Shown here in pieces: positions 1-12,790 of a stretch of 64,000 nt of DNA. Made by a program: the position numbers and the translations under genes. The notes under the pieces were generated by a model, which did not search any database, was not told where the DNA came from, and worked only from the letters and a program-made list of their open reading frames with translations. Positions within the stretch are counted from its first letter, which is position 1. The number at the start of each line of letters is the position of its first letter. Source of the stretch: Octopus bimaculoides (Eukaryota); NCBI RefSeq assembly GCF_001194135.2, contig NC_068982.1, forward strand, positions 107,082,064 to 107,146,063, written 5' to 3'.

Positions 1-31
<31 letters not shown>

Positions 32-205
32 TATATATACCACATATACAATATATATAATACATATATACAAACACATACATATATATGTACATGCTAA
101 CACACACGCATCCATCCATCCATCCATCCATCCATACATACATACATACATACATACATACATACATACAGGCATATATACATATGCATACATGCAAACA
201 TACTT
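1..205. repeat. compound microsatellite (TA)n/(CATC)n/(CATA)n
   Basis: Directly visible tandem repeats. Confidence 0.9.
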
Positions 206-584
206 TTAGGCAAGCACTGTAAAGGAGAGATAAGACTTCGAGCAAGAACAAAAATTTACAATCTAGTTTCGATTTTTGTCATCATTCATATACCGGCGCC
301 CTTGGTCAGTGTGCTAAAAACATGATAGACGGTTTGTGTTCCGTCGTTCTATAATTGACGCTTATGTTTTTCATGTTGAGCACAGAGTTAAAACATTGTG
401 TTTAGTTATAGCTGCGAAAAATAGTCTCCTTTTCCCCTATGGTTTAAGGACAAATGTTTTCAGTTAGTGCTTAGTAACTTCACAGAGATAAGGCACATCT
501 CATAAATGCCTATTTCCTCTACTGAATTGGCATTATAAGTAAAGCACTGAGTATTTATTGATCAATATATGGGATAACTTGAAA

Positions 585-816
585 GGCGGCGAGCTGGCAG
601 AATCGTTAGCATGCCGGGTGAAATGCTTAGCGGTATTTCGTCTACTGTTACGTTCTGAGTTCAAATTCCGCTGAGGTTGACTTTGCCTTTCATCCTTTCG
701 GGGTCGACTATATAAGTACCAGTTACGCACTGGGGTTGATGTAATCGACTTAATCCCTTTGTCTGTCCTTGTTTGTAACCTCTATGTTTATCCCCCTGTG
801 GGCAATAAAGAAATAA
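585..816 (+). mobile_element. tRNA-derived SINE, family A (ggcggcgagctggcagaatcgttag...)
   Basis: A-box-like TGGCAGAATCGTTA and B-box GAGTTCAAATTCC; homologous copies at about 34905, 42150, 51890, 52985 and 60471. Confidence 0.8.
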
Positions 817-1103
817 ATACATGGAATAGCTTAGCGTCTTAATTACGTCATACCTTCTGTCGTTTATATTTCAAAGGACTGACAAAATTGTGAGGAAAAC
901 GAAGAAAAAAGTGTATGAACACCTGCCAATAGCATGAATTTCACAAACAATATAACTGTGTTTAGATTACTAAATAAATATGAAACCTGCTGGTAAATAT
1001 TTGTTGCAGCCCAATAAAAAAAAAAAGAGAAACATTCCTAAAATTACTTATATTAAAAGGTATTTCTATGCTCGATCTTATTCACAGTTGGTTTACACAA
1101 AAT

Positions 1104-1304
1104 ATACTCTTTTACTTGTTTCAGTCATTTGACTGCAGCCATGCTGGAGCACCGCCTTTAGTCGAACAAATCGAGCCCCAGGACTAATTTTTTTGTAATC
1201 TTAGTACTTATTTTATCGGTCACTTTTTGCCGAACCGCTAATTGACGAGAACGTAAACACACCAACATCAGTTGTCAAGCGATGGCGGTGGGGGACAAAC
1301 ACAG

Positions 1305-1347
<43 letters not shown>
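1104..1347 (-). mobile_element. SINE family B, 3' part (head lost in N gap)
   Basis: Nearly identical to 56956-57180 (ttttacttgtttcagtcatttgactgc...ggggacaaacacagacac). Confidence 0.85.
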
Positions 1348-1922
1348 NNNNNNNNNNNNNNNNNNNNNNNNNNNNNNNNNNNNNNNNNNNNNNNNNNNNN
1401 NNNNNNNNNNNNNNNNNNNNNNNNNNNNNNNNNNNNNNNNNNNNNNNNNNNNNNNNNNNNNNNNNNNNNNNNNNNNNNNNNNNNNNNNNNNNNNNNNNNN
1501 NNNNNNNNNNNNNNNNNNNNNNNNNNNNNNNNNNNNNNNNNNNNNNNNNNNNNNNNNNNNNNNNNNNNNNNNNNNNNNNNNNNNNNNNNNNNNNNNNNNN
1601 NNNNNNNNNNNNNNNNNNNNNNNNNNNNNNNNNNNNNNNNNNNNNNNNNNNNNNNNNNNNNNNNNNNNNNNNNNNNNNNNNNNNNNNNNNNNNNNNNNNN
1701 NNNNNNNNNNNNNNNNNNNNNNNNNNNNNNNNNNNNNNNNNNNNNNNNNNNNNNNNNNNNNNNNNNNNNNNNNNNNNNNNNNNNNNNNNNNNNNNNNNNN
1801 NNNNNNNNNNNNNNNNNNNNNNNNNNNNNNNNNNNNNNNNNNNNNNNNNNNNNNNNNNNNNNNNNNNNNNNNNNNNNNNNNNNNNNNNNNNNNNNNNNNN
1901 NNNNNNNNNNNNNNNNNNNNNN
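1348..1922. other. assembly gap (575 N); other gaps at 3951-4060, 7159-7733, 10658-11499, 13698-14272, 22649-22956
   Basis: Runs of N. Confidence 1.
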
Positions 1923-1949
1923 CCTACTTCTCTTTGTTGGGTGGGAACT

Positions 1950-3330
1950 CATCTATGAAAAAACAAAAAACATTTTTAATAATCTTTTCTTCATTCTGAA
2001 CTTTGTAATAGTTAAAATAAGATTTGGGGAAAACTGAATTCGAAATATGGTTTCGATTCTCAGTTGTATATATTTGTAAAAACTAACACTTTCCTCCAAG
2101 CTTAGATTCGAAACCGAATCTAAGGATTCTCGCTCGTCTGAGCCACCACGAAGGAATAGGCGCGAAAGAAATTGTCTTTGTCCTATCAAAAAATGCTAAA
2201 TCATCTCCCTTTGACCTACAACCTCAGCTATGTCAGGCGAAGTTCAAATGGACAGGAACTTACCTATTTAGATACAATCTCTCCTGCAGTATGTCTGTCC
2301 TTCTAACTGTCACGGCTGTTAAAAATACTGTGGTCAGCAAAGGGACAGGCAGAGAGAGAGAATCAGAAAGACAGAGGGTGGAGAAAGGCTTTGGACGAAG
2401 AGACAACTCATGAGATCGTTGACTATGTAGCGGAAGCTTCTCTCTCGGCTATATATTCTTAAATGCGAACGTAGCGGGTAACATCTAGCCTTCGGCCTGC
2501 CTTGGACCCTGCTGTGTCCATCACCCTGATTGGCTCTTATTTGCGTGGCATTTGTCTCTAGTTCTGTTTCGTGCCAGGGTACATACCGACCAATCGTGGC
2601 CTTCTAATAAGGTCACGCGAGAGAGTGTTTTTCTGTTGTTTCTGGAGCCCCCCACTTTTTTTTTTACCTATGAATAAGCCTGTTTTATCCACGCCAGTTG
2701 GTCTCGACTTTAGACCTCTCTGACCACTCAAAACACTAACCAATCAGTTTCCAGCGACGACGTCAACACGACGCCACTACTTACACAAGCCAGAAACCAC
2801 GGTTCCTCTCATCACTGTCTGTGTGGATTGTTTCCACCACGAAAATAACCTGCGAGAATCTTCTGTATTCAAGTAACCGGTCGCAGTATCGTAGCCTCAA
2901 CTTCTTCCCACGACATGTGACACTTCAGCTCTGCTATTCGGCCACAACCTCTTATGTACAGACATTCTATCTACTGTGTAACTCTACTATGAACTGGTAT
3001 TTTCCTATCTTTGTGTTCTGACGCTTATCGTCCAGGTTACAGACTCTTGTTCCATACTCTGTATTTCTCATTCACACACAAACACATATTTATGTATCCA
3101 TACTCTTGTTCACACGACGGCCTGTCATATATATTGTGTTATTATTTATATTGCCGCATTCACGCACACACAGACGCACATTTTACTACGCTAAATAAAC
3201 TTATCCTATATATATCTTTAACGGTTGTGTCTCTCTCTTTCCTCGCTGGTATTTCCTCGCATTTCACATGTGAGCCCTCGCATGTTATATTATTATGTTT
3301 TTGTGTCGACTGTGCGACGCGTTAAAAGGA
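1950..3330. other. unclassified GC-richer, CpG-containing repeat-like segment (possibly LTR- or DIRS-derived)
   Basis: Composition shift and CCAAT-like motifs; no recognisable protein motif. Confidence 0.25.
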
Positions 3331-3331
3331 A

Positions 3332-3492
3332 AAAGAAAACATGGCTAAGACAAATAGTCTAGAAGCCCAATATGTTAAGTGCACATAACATCATTTCCAA
3401 TATATTAAGCGCACATAAACCTGGATAGTAAATAATTATGTGCACTTAACATATTGGGCTTCTAGACTATTTGTCTAAGCCATGTTTTCTTT
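3332..3492. repeat. 57-bp inverted repeat (hairpin) with 47-nt loop
   Basis: Arm 3332-3388 is the reverse complement of 3436-3492 with 1 mismatch. Confidence 0.9.
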
Positions 3493-3901
3493 CCTTTCTC
3501 TTCTTCCCTTTGTTTATATTGTATACTCTTGTTTTTCACTCTGATAAAGATCTGTTGCCTTAATTTGAATCCCCTATGAAGATGAAGAATTTTATTCTCG
3601 CATTTATGTATAGGCTGCATTCTAGTAATCTGATTAGAAACAGCTGTTAGCTTTGTTATGCCTTGCATTGTATCAATAAACAAGCTTTAAAATGTGGTCC
3701 AATCGATGTGCTGGTTAATCTATGTTTTTCTCCATTTTCTAATTATTTGCATTGGCTCTTGATAAACTTTTGTTTATCCTATTGTTACCTGCGCTCGACG
3801 TATATGGTGTCCCCGCACACCATTGCCCGGGGATAACACAGGTAACGGATACTGATAGTATATACGGATATTTTATCCCTTAGTCGGTTACTACAACCGT
3901 T

Positions 3902-3950
<49 letters not shown>

Positions 3951-4060
3951 NNNNNNNNNNNNNNNNNNNNNNNNNNNNNNNNNNNNNNNNNNNNNNNNNN
4001 NNNNNNNNNNNNNNNNNNNNNNNNNNNNNNNNNNNNNNNNNNNNNNNNNNNNNNNNNNNN

Positions 4061-4105
<45 letters not shown>

Positions 4106-4107
<2 letters not shown>

Positions 4108-5040
4108 TTGACGTCGTCAAACACAGCAATTAGAATTTTTGTGGATGACCCTAAGCTTCTGAAGGTCGTCGACTGGGTAGAAGACCGGATAAATCTCCAG
4201 TTACGTATATTCGCCTTTATCCAGTGGTTAGAAAAGCACAACATGCAGCTAAACGAGAAAAACTTTGAATTAATCCGCTTCGGTAAAGAAGCTGCACTTA
4301 AGCTATCATCATCTTTTCCCTCGGATGAAAACCTTGTGGCATCAAATATCACTAGGAACCCCGGAGTAACTGCTGACAACAACTTAAGCTGGAGAGCTCA
4401 GATAAACAACAAAGTAGACATGACCCGTAAAGGGTGCTCCTGGATCTTCAGGATGTTCCGGTCTAGAGACGCTTTTAACATTATCCTTCTATTCTCTAAC
4501 TTCGCCTGTGGTATCTCTACACGAAACAAAACATCATAAAAATTAAAGTATCCCAGAGACCAATTAAAGTACCCCAGAGATCAATCACAAAAAGAAAAAA
4601 AAGATAGACAACACGACAGGTCTTGATTATTGGGATTGGTTCGAGAAGGTCAAACTTTATTCCCTCCAGCGCCGTCGTGATCGCCATATCATTTGTATGA
4701 TGGGGAAAATATTCTAACAGCACTGTCCAAATGATGCTGGCATCAACTTTAAATTTTACCTAAGGCTTGGTCCCCGTGCCCCCTGTCCTCTACAAAATAC
4801 CATGCTCTCTTAGTGTTGTGATGTAACAACATCACAACAGTAAGACAGAACTATTTCACCTCAACTGTCTCTGTTCTCTTTAACATCATGCCAAGGCATA
4901 TAGGGCAAGTAAAAGAGCTCATAAATTTCAAACGGTTCCTGGATAAAAACTTCCAGCAAATTTCAAATAAACCACCTGCATCCGGATATATTGCTGCAAA
5001 CAATACTCGAATAGGCTATGGTACTCAAAGACTGTAATAG
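4106..5040 (+). mobile_element. CR1/L2-like LINE remnant (RT C-terminal region to 3' end)
   Basis: ORF 4108-4539 has FVDDPK (FADDTK-like), LQ..W...NMQLN, RNPGV..DNNLSW, WIFRMFRSRD; later FKRFLDK-like tail motif. Confidence 0.75.
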
Positions 5041-5789
5041 AAATACGCGCGCGCGCGCACACACACACACGCACACACACACACACACACAAACACACAT
5101 GCATATATATACACACAATCGCGCGCGCGTGTGTGTATTGTTATATTTGAGGATGGTCATATTTTTGCCAATTAACCACATGCACTATATACTTGGTCTT
5201 CACTTCAACTTTATTATTGTTATTATTGTTTTAGTGTCGTCTGAAATCTTTCTTCACAGACCCTGTGACCTCTTCAGCGACTCTCCATCCCACGTCTCCC
5301 CTCCTGTTCTCTTTAGTCCATTCTGTCTTTTTGTGGTATTTATCCTTATCTGCACATGCGTTTGCTTCAGTATCTGTGTGTGTGTGTGTGTATGTGTGTG
5401 TGTGTGTGTGTATTTTGTATGTGTGTTTTGTGTGTGTGTATGTGTTTATTTACTATACTGTTTGTACCCATGTTTTTTATTTAGCTATTTTTTATTTGTT
5501 TATTTATTCCTTCATTTATATTTTTCATTCCGTCTTTAGTATATGTATGTATATATGGGTTTATATGTTATACAAATATATTATATTTGTATCAGTGTCT
5601 TTTTTTTTCTTTTCTCATTCTGTCATTAGTCATCAGGTTGCATAGTGCGGTGGCATGAAAGAGTGTGATTATTCCATTTATATTTTCTGTGTGGGCTCAG
5701 TCTGTCTATTATTGTGTGTGGCCTCTGTAATTTGTCTGTCATGTCTATTTTATGTGTGGACAATATTTTTTTTTTTTTTTTAAGTTTCA

Positions 5790-6860
5790 GCTTAGAGCTG
5801 CGGCCATGCTGATGCACCACTGTGTTGCTAACATCTACGTTATTAATCCAGCCTCCATGTTCTAATTGAGCATGTTGATAGAGCACTGACGAGCTTTTCT
5901 CCTCCTTGACCTCCCGCCAGTGTCACCTATCCGCTCACCTATGCTACGTGTTGTTTCCTCAATACGAAGTGTTGTCCTATTTCCGCACGCTCCCTCAGTA
6001 CACCGTATATTATAGACTACATTCCTAATCTTACCCGTGGGTTCATCCTACATACTATACACATCTATCCGTACATGGGAGCCTTTCAAATGAACTTGTT
6101 CTACAGCTCAGAGATTTCTACCTCTTTCTACCCCTTTAATCCGTGGATTCATCTTATCTAAGGTTTTCCTAAAACGATATACTAATTCGCCACCAGGGGT
6201 AGCATCAACGAACGTGATACTCTGCTATTTTTGGTTGTCATAATATGAGTTGGCCTTGGTCTTTTTTATGCTATTCCAGAATTTACTCCTGTATAGCGGG
6301 CAGATCCCATTTGCATTCTAGTGAGGAGGCCTTTACTTAGCCCAAGCTACTTTGTACACTCTGATCTAGTCTCTTTGGCTGTAACCACAGAACTGCATGG
6401 AGAGAATGAAGTGTTGTATGTGTCTCTAATTCCGTATGGTCGCACATGTGGGACACATTTCTCATCATCCTTGCCAAGTCCGCTATTAGGATATTGAAAG
6501 TGATGTTGTCCGCAATACCTACGGTCTTGTGGATCAGGTATTTAGAGGCCATGAGTTTGACATAGAGGGAATAAAAAATCTGGACTTTATTATTCCTAGT
6601 TTCCAGCCAGAGTTCTGTGTCTAAGACCGATTGTCTATATCTAAGGTGCTGGCTAGAGTAGTCTATTCTTACTTTAAAACTCTAGTGGATGAAGTTAGTT
6701 AGTTATTGGATGCTCTTTATGGTGCTAGCTTCGAACTCATAGACACTGTTCTGTAGGGGTGCTTTTGCCACAATGTTGATATCATCCACATAATGGGAGT
6801 ACATAGTTAGGATTATAAAGCTCTCTGTTAATCGTTCTTTGAGTCTCCTAGCCCACCATA
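5790..6860 (-). mobile_element. Penelope-like element remnant (RT YVDD, linker, GIY-YIG)
   Basis: Minus-strand translations YVDDINIV, FNILIADLARMMRNVS, FVDATPGGEL, RNVVYNIRC, IEETTRSIGER; stops and frameshifts present. Confidence 0.75.
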
Positions 6861-6867
6861 CCACGGT

Positions 6868-7018
6868 TACACACACACACACACACACACACACACGTAC
6901 GCATGCATACACACATGCATATGCACGCACACGTACGCACGCTCACGCACGCACGCACACGTACGCACGCACACACATACACACGTGCGTGCGCACATAC
7001 ACACATGTACGCACACAT

Positions 7019-7056
<38 letters not shown>
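6868..7056. repeat. (CA)n/(CACG)n alternating purine-pyrimidine microsatellite
   Basis: Directly visible; source of several spurious CV/HT ORFs. Confidence 0.95.
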
Positions 7057-7058
<2 letters not shown>

Positions 7059-7733
7059 TAAAAATCAGCAGAAATTTCACAAAAACTGTTACTCAGAGTT
7101 TCAAGTTCCTGTTCGCCGGACAGTTTTGTTTAGAATAGAACAGAAATAAGGTTATAAGNNNNNNNNNNNNNNNNNNNNNNNNNNNNNNNNNNNNNNNNNN
7201 NNNNNNNNNNNNNNNNNNNNNNNNNNNNNNNNNNNNNNNNNNNNNNNNNNNNNNNNNNNNNNNNNNNNNNNNNNNNNNNNNNNNNNNNNNNNNNNNNNNN
7301 NNNNNNNNNNNNNNNNNNNNNNNNNNNNNNNNNNNNNNNNNNNNNNNNNNNNNNNNNNNNNNNNNNNNNNNNNNNNNNNNNNNNNNNNNNNNNNNNNNNN
7401 NNNNNNNNNNNNNNNNNNNNNNNNNNNNNNNNNNNNNNNNNNNNNNNNNNNNNNNNNNNNNNNNNNNNNNNNNNNNNNNNNNNNNNNNNNNNNNNNNNNN
7501 NNNNNNNNNNNNNNNNNNNNNNNNNNNNNNNNNNNNNNNNNNNNNNNNNNNNNNNNNNNNNNNNNNNNNNNNNNNNNNNNNNNNNNNNNNNNNNNNNNNN
7601 NNNNNNNNNNNNNNNNNNNNNNNNNNNNNNNNNNNNNNNNNNNNNNNNNNNNNNNNNNNNNNNNNNNNNNNNNNNNNNNNNNNNNNNNNNNNNNNNNNNN
7701 NNNNNNNNNNNNNNNNNNNNNNNNNNNNNNNNN

Positions 7734-7799
<66 letters not shown>

Positions 7800-8235
7800 G
7801 TCTAGTATTTATACGTGGAAAAAGAGAGAGAGGGGAGAAGTTGTAATTTGTTTACTGAGTTCGTTAAATAGACTAGAGATGGTGACAAAGAGATAAAGTG
7901 TTATAATAATAAAGAAATAATGGACGATTGGGGCATGGCTCGTTAGGCGTCTTACATGACTTACACAACACAGAAAAAAATATCGAAACTTATTGCTTTG
8001 CATTTCAGTTCGTTAAGTCTTGAACCATTACCTCTTTCATTGTGAAGTCACCTTTTTTATGACTCGATATTCACCTGTAAACAAAGAAAATAATCACTCC
8101 ATACTTATTTCAGGCACTTCTTTTTATACCAATATCAAAGAACACTCGTTATCCTAGACTACGTTTACTGTTTCCCACGAAAGTTATTGACACACCCCAT
8201 TCCATGACACCAAATCAAAAAAAAATGTGCAGCGG

Positions 8236-8475
8236 CTACAGTGGATGTAGGTGATGCTCTTGCTGCCGAAAAGCGGGGTCATCATGAGCTTCTTGGTGGA
8301 CTTCATTTGCCTGGCCTTCTTGGGTCTGAGAGCCAAGATGCTTCCATTAGGTACTCTGTCTCTTGGTCACTGGATCATAACAATAGATCCAGCTTTCGTT
8401 ACAGGTAACCAGGTAACATAGCAATAGATAGCACAGGTAACATAACAATAGATCCAGCTTTCGTCACGGGTAACA
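8236..8475 (-). mobile_element. mariner transposase fragment (second partial copy) with internal microduplications
   Basis: Homologous to 9045-9205; minus frame reads KARQMKSTKKLMMTP. Confidence 0.75.
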
Positions 8476-8550
8476 AAATTTACTCCTAATTTTCTCCGTT
8501 TACACCAAAATATGCACATGTATATCTGAGTGTCTATATTAGTGATGTTA

Positions 8551-9700
8551 CAACGTGCATTCTAGAAGTTTTGAGACTTTTTCAGGAAAGATATTTATTA
8601 ATTTTAGAAAAGTACAAAACAGTAATATCTCTCAAAGTAGGATCCACTGACTGCAATGCACTTGTCACACTCCAGTCGCTTCCTGAAGGCCCCGTGGAAG
8701 TCTTCCAAAGTGAAGGTGTCTAGGATCTTTGTCTCAGCTTCCTACATTCCCTCAATGTCTTCAAAACAACTGCTGCTGATGTTAGTTATACTTCACCTTG
8801 AGGAACAACTTAAAGTCACAGGGAGCAAGGTCTTCAGTGTAGGGAATGGTGAGGGACAATTTTGATGGTTATATCTGTCAAATAGTTGATTACCAAGAAG
8901 GAATTGAGCACCAGTGCATTGTCCTTGTGCAGGTGCCACCGACCCGAACGGAAGAGCTTTGGTCTTTTGCGACAAAATCTCTTCATGAACTCTTTCAAAA
9001 CCTCCATAGAATATTCTTTCTTGGCTGTCTGGTTAGAGGGAAACCGGTGAATGTAGATGATGCCCTTGCTGCCGAAAGGGGGTAGGGGTCATCATGAGCT
9101 TGCCTGGCCTTCTTGGGTCTGGGAGCGCCAGGATGCTTCCATTGGGCATTCTGTCTCTTAGTCTTTGGATCATAAGAATAGATCAAGCTTTCGTCACAGG
9201 TAACCGGGAACTCAAGTACTCTTGGTTTGGAGGTAATGAGCTCAACCATCTCCCTGCTGTCACCAACGCATCTTTCCTTCTGTTCGTTACTTCGTACTCT
9301 GGGGACAAACTTTGCATAGATTTTGTTTGCGCATGTTCAGATCTTCATGAATAATTCTGTGTACAGTTGCCACACCGACTCATAACTGTATGCTTATTGT
9401 TTTATTGACACACGACTGTCTTCATCCAGAAGATTGTGTATTTTCTCAACCAGCTCTGATGTTCTGACGTCCCTCTCCCTCAAACACCTTTTATCGTCTT
9501 TGACCTCCTCTCTGCCGTCCTTGAATCTCTTGTATCGGCGAAAAACATGCTCGGCTCATACAAGTTAATCCACAAGCAGTCTGGAGCATTTCATTAGTTT
9601 CTGTAGCGCTTTGGCCCTGTTTAACATAGAATTTTATTGTATAGCGAGCTTCTTAATTGTTTTCACGTCCCGACTGAATTCTGCACGGTTACACTTGTAA
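8551..9700 (-). mobile_element. Tc1/mariner (D,D34D-type) DNA transposon remnant
   Basis: Minus frames: TCDESLIYSYDPKTKRQNAQWKHPGAPRPKKARQ, then WHLHKDNA-like second Asp, then a degraded C-terminus. A TIR-like gaagttttgagacttt lies near 8565; the right end is approximate. Confidence 0.85.
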
Positions 9701-9762
9701 ATAACAGCGAAACAAAAATCTATGAAGGGCTCCCTGAAAATCTATTTAAAACCAAAATTCTT

Positions 9763-9814
<52 letters not shown>

Positions 9815-11514
9815 TGTGTATATACTGTTTATCTATTTATATTACCGACGGTACCTACTCTATAAATGCACTAACACCAGGATATAGTTCGTGACAAATT
9901 ATGAATTTTATCTTAGTTTTGGTGCCTTTACAAAGAAGGCATAACCGTTTACAAAAACATAATTGTGTGGAAGACATCAAATATAAGTAATATATATATT
10001 GCTGCGAATACTTACCATCAATCTGGTATTAGTTTATTGAATTCTACTTATAAAATGAATACGGAGAAAATCTACTTTAATCTACGGAACCGAAGAGGGA
10101 CATTTTACGTGCTTGAAATAGCAGCCATATCGCCTTTATATCACATTAAACTGTCTTGTTAAGCGAAGGACACGTTATACATAGTTGTCCTTTATACTCT
10201 TGATGGTTTATGACTGAAATGGCTTTGATTATAGATCTTCTCGATTATGATTGACCTAGCATTAACAAAAGTAACAGCAACAAAGGCACCTCTAATTCGT
10301 TGCTAGACCTAGTAAAAATAGCAACCTTATCTTCCTCAAATCACACCCTACTATCTTAAAAAAGGGCACACTATATAATGTAGTCCTAGACACACAATAT
10401 ACAAAGTAAAAGATAGGATCGTCTTGGCTGAAATATTTTTAATCGTAGGTCTGTTCTTTCAGGACTGACCCAAACTTAAACAACTTAAATTAGATATTAT
10501 CTCCCTTGTTTCATTTAAAGGTGTTAATTTTTGTTACTTTACGATGCAAGGGAGATTACAACGAAAAAAAAAATGTTTCATAAACAATTGTATATTTCCT
10601 TACACAATATACTAATTTAATATATTTTCGCCGGACAAAAAAAAAAAAAAAAAAAAANNNNNNNNNNNNNNNNNNNNNNNNNNNNNNNNNNNNNNNNNNN
10701 NNNNNNNNNNNNNNNNNNNNNNNNNNNNNNNNNNNNNNNNNNNNNNNNNNNNNNNNNNNNNNNNNNNNNNNNNNNNNNNNNNNNNNNNNNNNNNNNNNNN
10801 NNNNNNNNNNNNNNNNNNNNNNNNNNNNNNNNNNNNNNNNNNNNNNNNNNNNNNNNNNNNNNNNNNNNNNNNNNNNNNNNNNNNNNNNNNNNNNNNNNNN
10901 NNNNNNNNNNNNNNNNNNNNNNNNNNNNNNNNNNNNNNNNNNNNNNNNNNNNNNNNNNNNNNNNNNNNNNNNNNNNNNNNNNNNNNNNNNNNNNNNNNNN
11001 NNNNNNNNNNNNNNNNNNNNNNNNNNNNNNNNNNNNNNNNNNNNNNNNNNNNNNNNNNNNNNNNNNNNNNNNNNNNNNNNNNNNNNNNNNNNNNNNNNNN
11101 NNNNNNNNNNNNNNNNNNNNNNNNNNNNNNNNNNNNNNNNNNNNNNNNNNNNNNNNNNNNNNNNNNNNNNNNNNNNNNNNNNNNNNNNNNNNNNNNNNNN
11201 NNNNNNNNNNNNNNNNNNNNNNNNNNNNNNNNNNNNNNNNNNNNNNNNNNNNNNNNNNNNNNNNNNNNNNNNNNNNNNNNNNNNNNNNNNNNNNNNNNNN
11301 NNNNNNNNNNNNNNNNNNNNNNNNNNNNNNNNNNNNNNNNNNNNNNNNNNNNNNNNNNNNNNNNNNNNNNNNNNNNNNNNNNNNNNNNNNNNNNNNNNNN
11401 NNNNNNNNNNNNNNNNNNNNNNNNNNNNNNNNNNNNNNNNNNNNNNNNNNNNNNNNNNNNNNNNNNNNNNNNNNNNNNNNNNNNNNNNNNNNNNNNNNNG
11501 CACTGCTCTCTCAC

Positions 11515-11573
<59 letters not shown>

Positions 11574-11800
11574 CCTTTCTACCAAAGGCACAAGAAGAAG
11601 AAGAAGAAGAAGAAGAAGAAAAAGAAGAAGAAGAAGAAGAAGAAGAAGAAAAAGAAGAAAAAGAAGAAGAAGAAGAAGAAGAAGAAGAAGAAGAAGAAGA
11701 AAAGAGATGATGATGAGGAGAGGGGAGGGGAGGAGATGAAGAAGGAAGAGAAGTAGTAGGGAAAGAAGAGGAAGAAGTAGAAAGAAAAGAAAAATACAGG
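11515..11800. repeat. (AAT)n, then (AAG)n and a purine-rich tract
   Basis: Directly visible; explains the poly-L/I ORF 11511-11846. Confidence 0.95.
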
Positions 11801-11849
11801 AGGGGTGTGACTGTAGATTGTTCATGGAATCTTCTTTAATGGTCAAATG

Positions 11850-12410
11850 ACCTAAAAGTGACCTGTTGTGGCCGTAGCAGTAATGGTTGGAATTGTTCTA
11901 AATTCTTGTAGTAGTTTCATTTCTGGTGGAAGCATTCAAAAAACGTTTATATTTTGCGATAAAACATGCTTCTTTGCTAATGCGCTGATTATAGGTTGCA
12001 TTGTCCCTGAATGTATTGAAGGGAAAAATTCTAAAGTTGGGTTGTTCGTTAGTAGTGCAAATTTCAATGTGCTTGCTTAATCCTATTTTTATGTATTCCC
12101 CTATGTACCGTCATCCTCTGGCGCAGACTGTTTTTAGTTTTACCAATATATTGTTCTCGATACCCTGAGCATGTTAATACATATACTAGGTTTTCCGACG
12201 CACATGTGAAGTTGTTTTTCACTGTAAAACGTTGACCCTGCTTGAAGGAGAATTCTAACCTCTCAAATAGGTTGACACATATACCACAGTTAAGTTTTCC
12301 GCAATTTTTTACTGTCGGCTTTAATGCTGTTGGCGAGTGTAGTTGGGCCTGTGTTCGAAAACTTTTCATTGACTTGGGTTTTCTTTTGTTCTTTATGATG
12401 CATATCCCTT
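11850..12410 (-). mobile_element. Penelope-like element GIY-YIG endonuclease remnant
   Basis: CGKLNCGIC...FTCASENLVYVLTCSG..QYIGKTKNSLRQRMTVHR in ORF 12064-12369; FRIFPF and RISKEACFI downstream. Confidence 0.85.
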
Positions 12411-12790
12411 ACGTTCCTTACATCCATTACATTCTAGAATGAATATCCCTTACAACCTGGCAAAAAGAATTTGTACTATAGTATCTGATACAAGCACCAG
12501 GGACACACAACTACATGAGCTAAAGGATACACTCATCAGCAGGAACTACCCACATCACTAAATGATATAGGCTTTCAATGTGCCCTACAACTCAACATCC
12601 ACGAACTGACACCCAAACTAAAGAAGGATTTACAACCAAAAGCCCTACCATACATATCCACACACAACCTCCTAAACGATGAGGCCTTTGACATCCTCCT
12701 CCAGAACATCCCTTTACTAAAAAGTGACCATAGAATGGATCAAATCCTCGAAATGTACACCATCGCAACTTCAAAATTTCAACTCCACTC
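12411..12790 (+). mobile_element. Penelope-like element RT C-terminal/linker remnant, inverted relative to its neighbour
   Basis: Plus frames HPLHSRMNIPYNLAKRICTIVSD...LHELKDTL..RNYP and LPYISTHN...LQNIPLLKSDHRMDQIL. Confidence 0.8.

Noticed and set aside
1272-2037. Long ORFs here and at 10556-11514, 13667-14311 and 22484-23101
   Set aside because: They are open only because they run through N gaps.
6189-6204. CCACCAGGGGTAGC CTCF-like motif
   Set aside because: Weaker match, and it is the coding DATPGG motif of a Penelope remnant.
4928-7138. CV/HT/YI-rich ORFs (also near 39871-40298, 50322 and 60304-61376)
   Set aside because: Translations of CA/TA/TACA microsatellites.
8376-8473. Spaced direct repeats as a CRISPR array
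   Set aside because: Eukaryotic context, only two full units, derived from mariner sequence, no cas genes.
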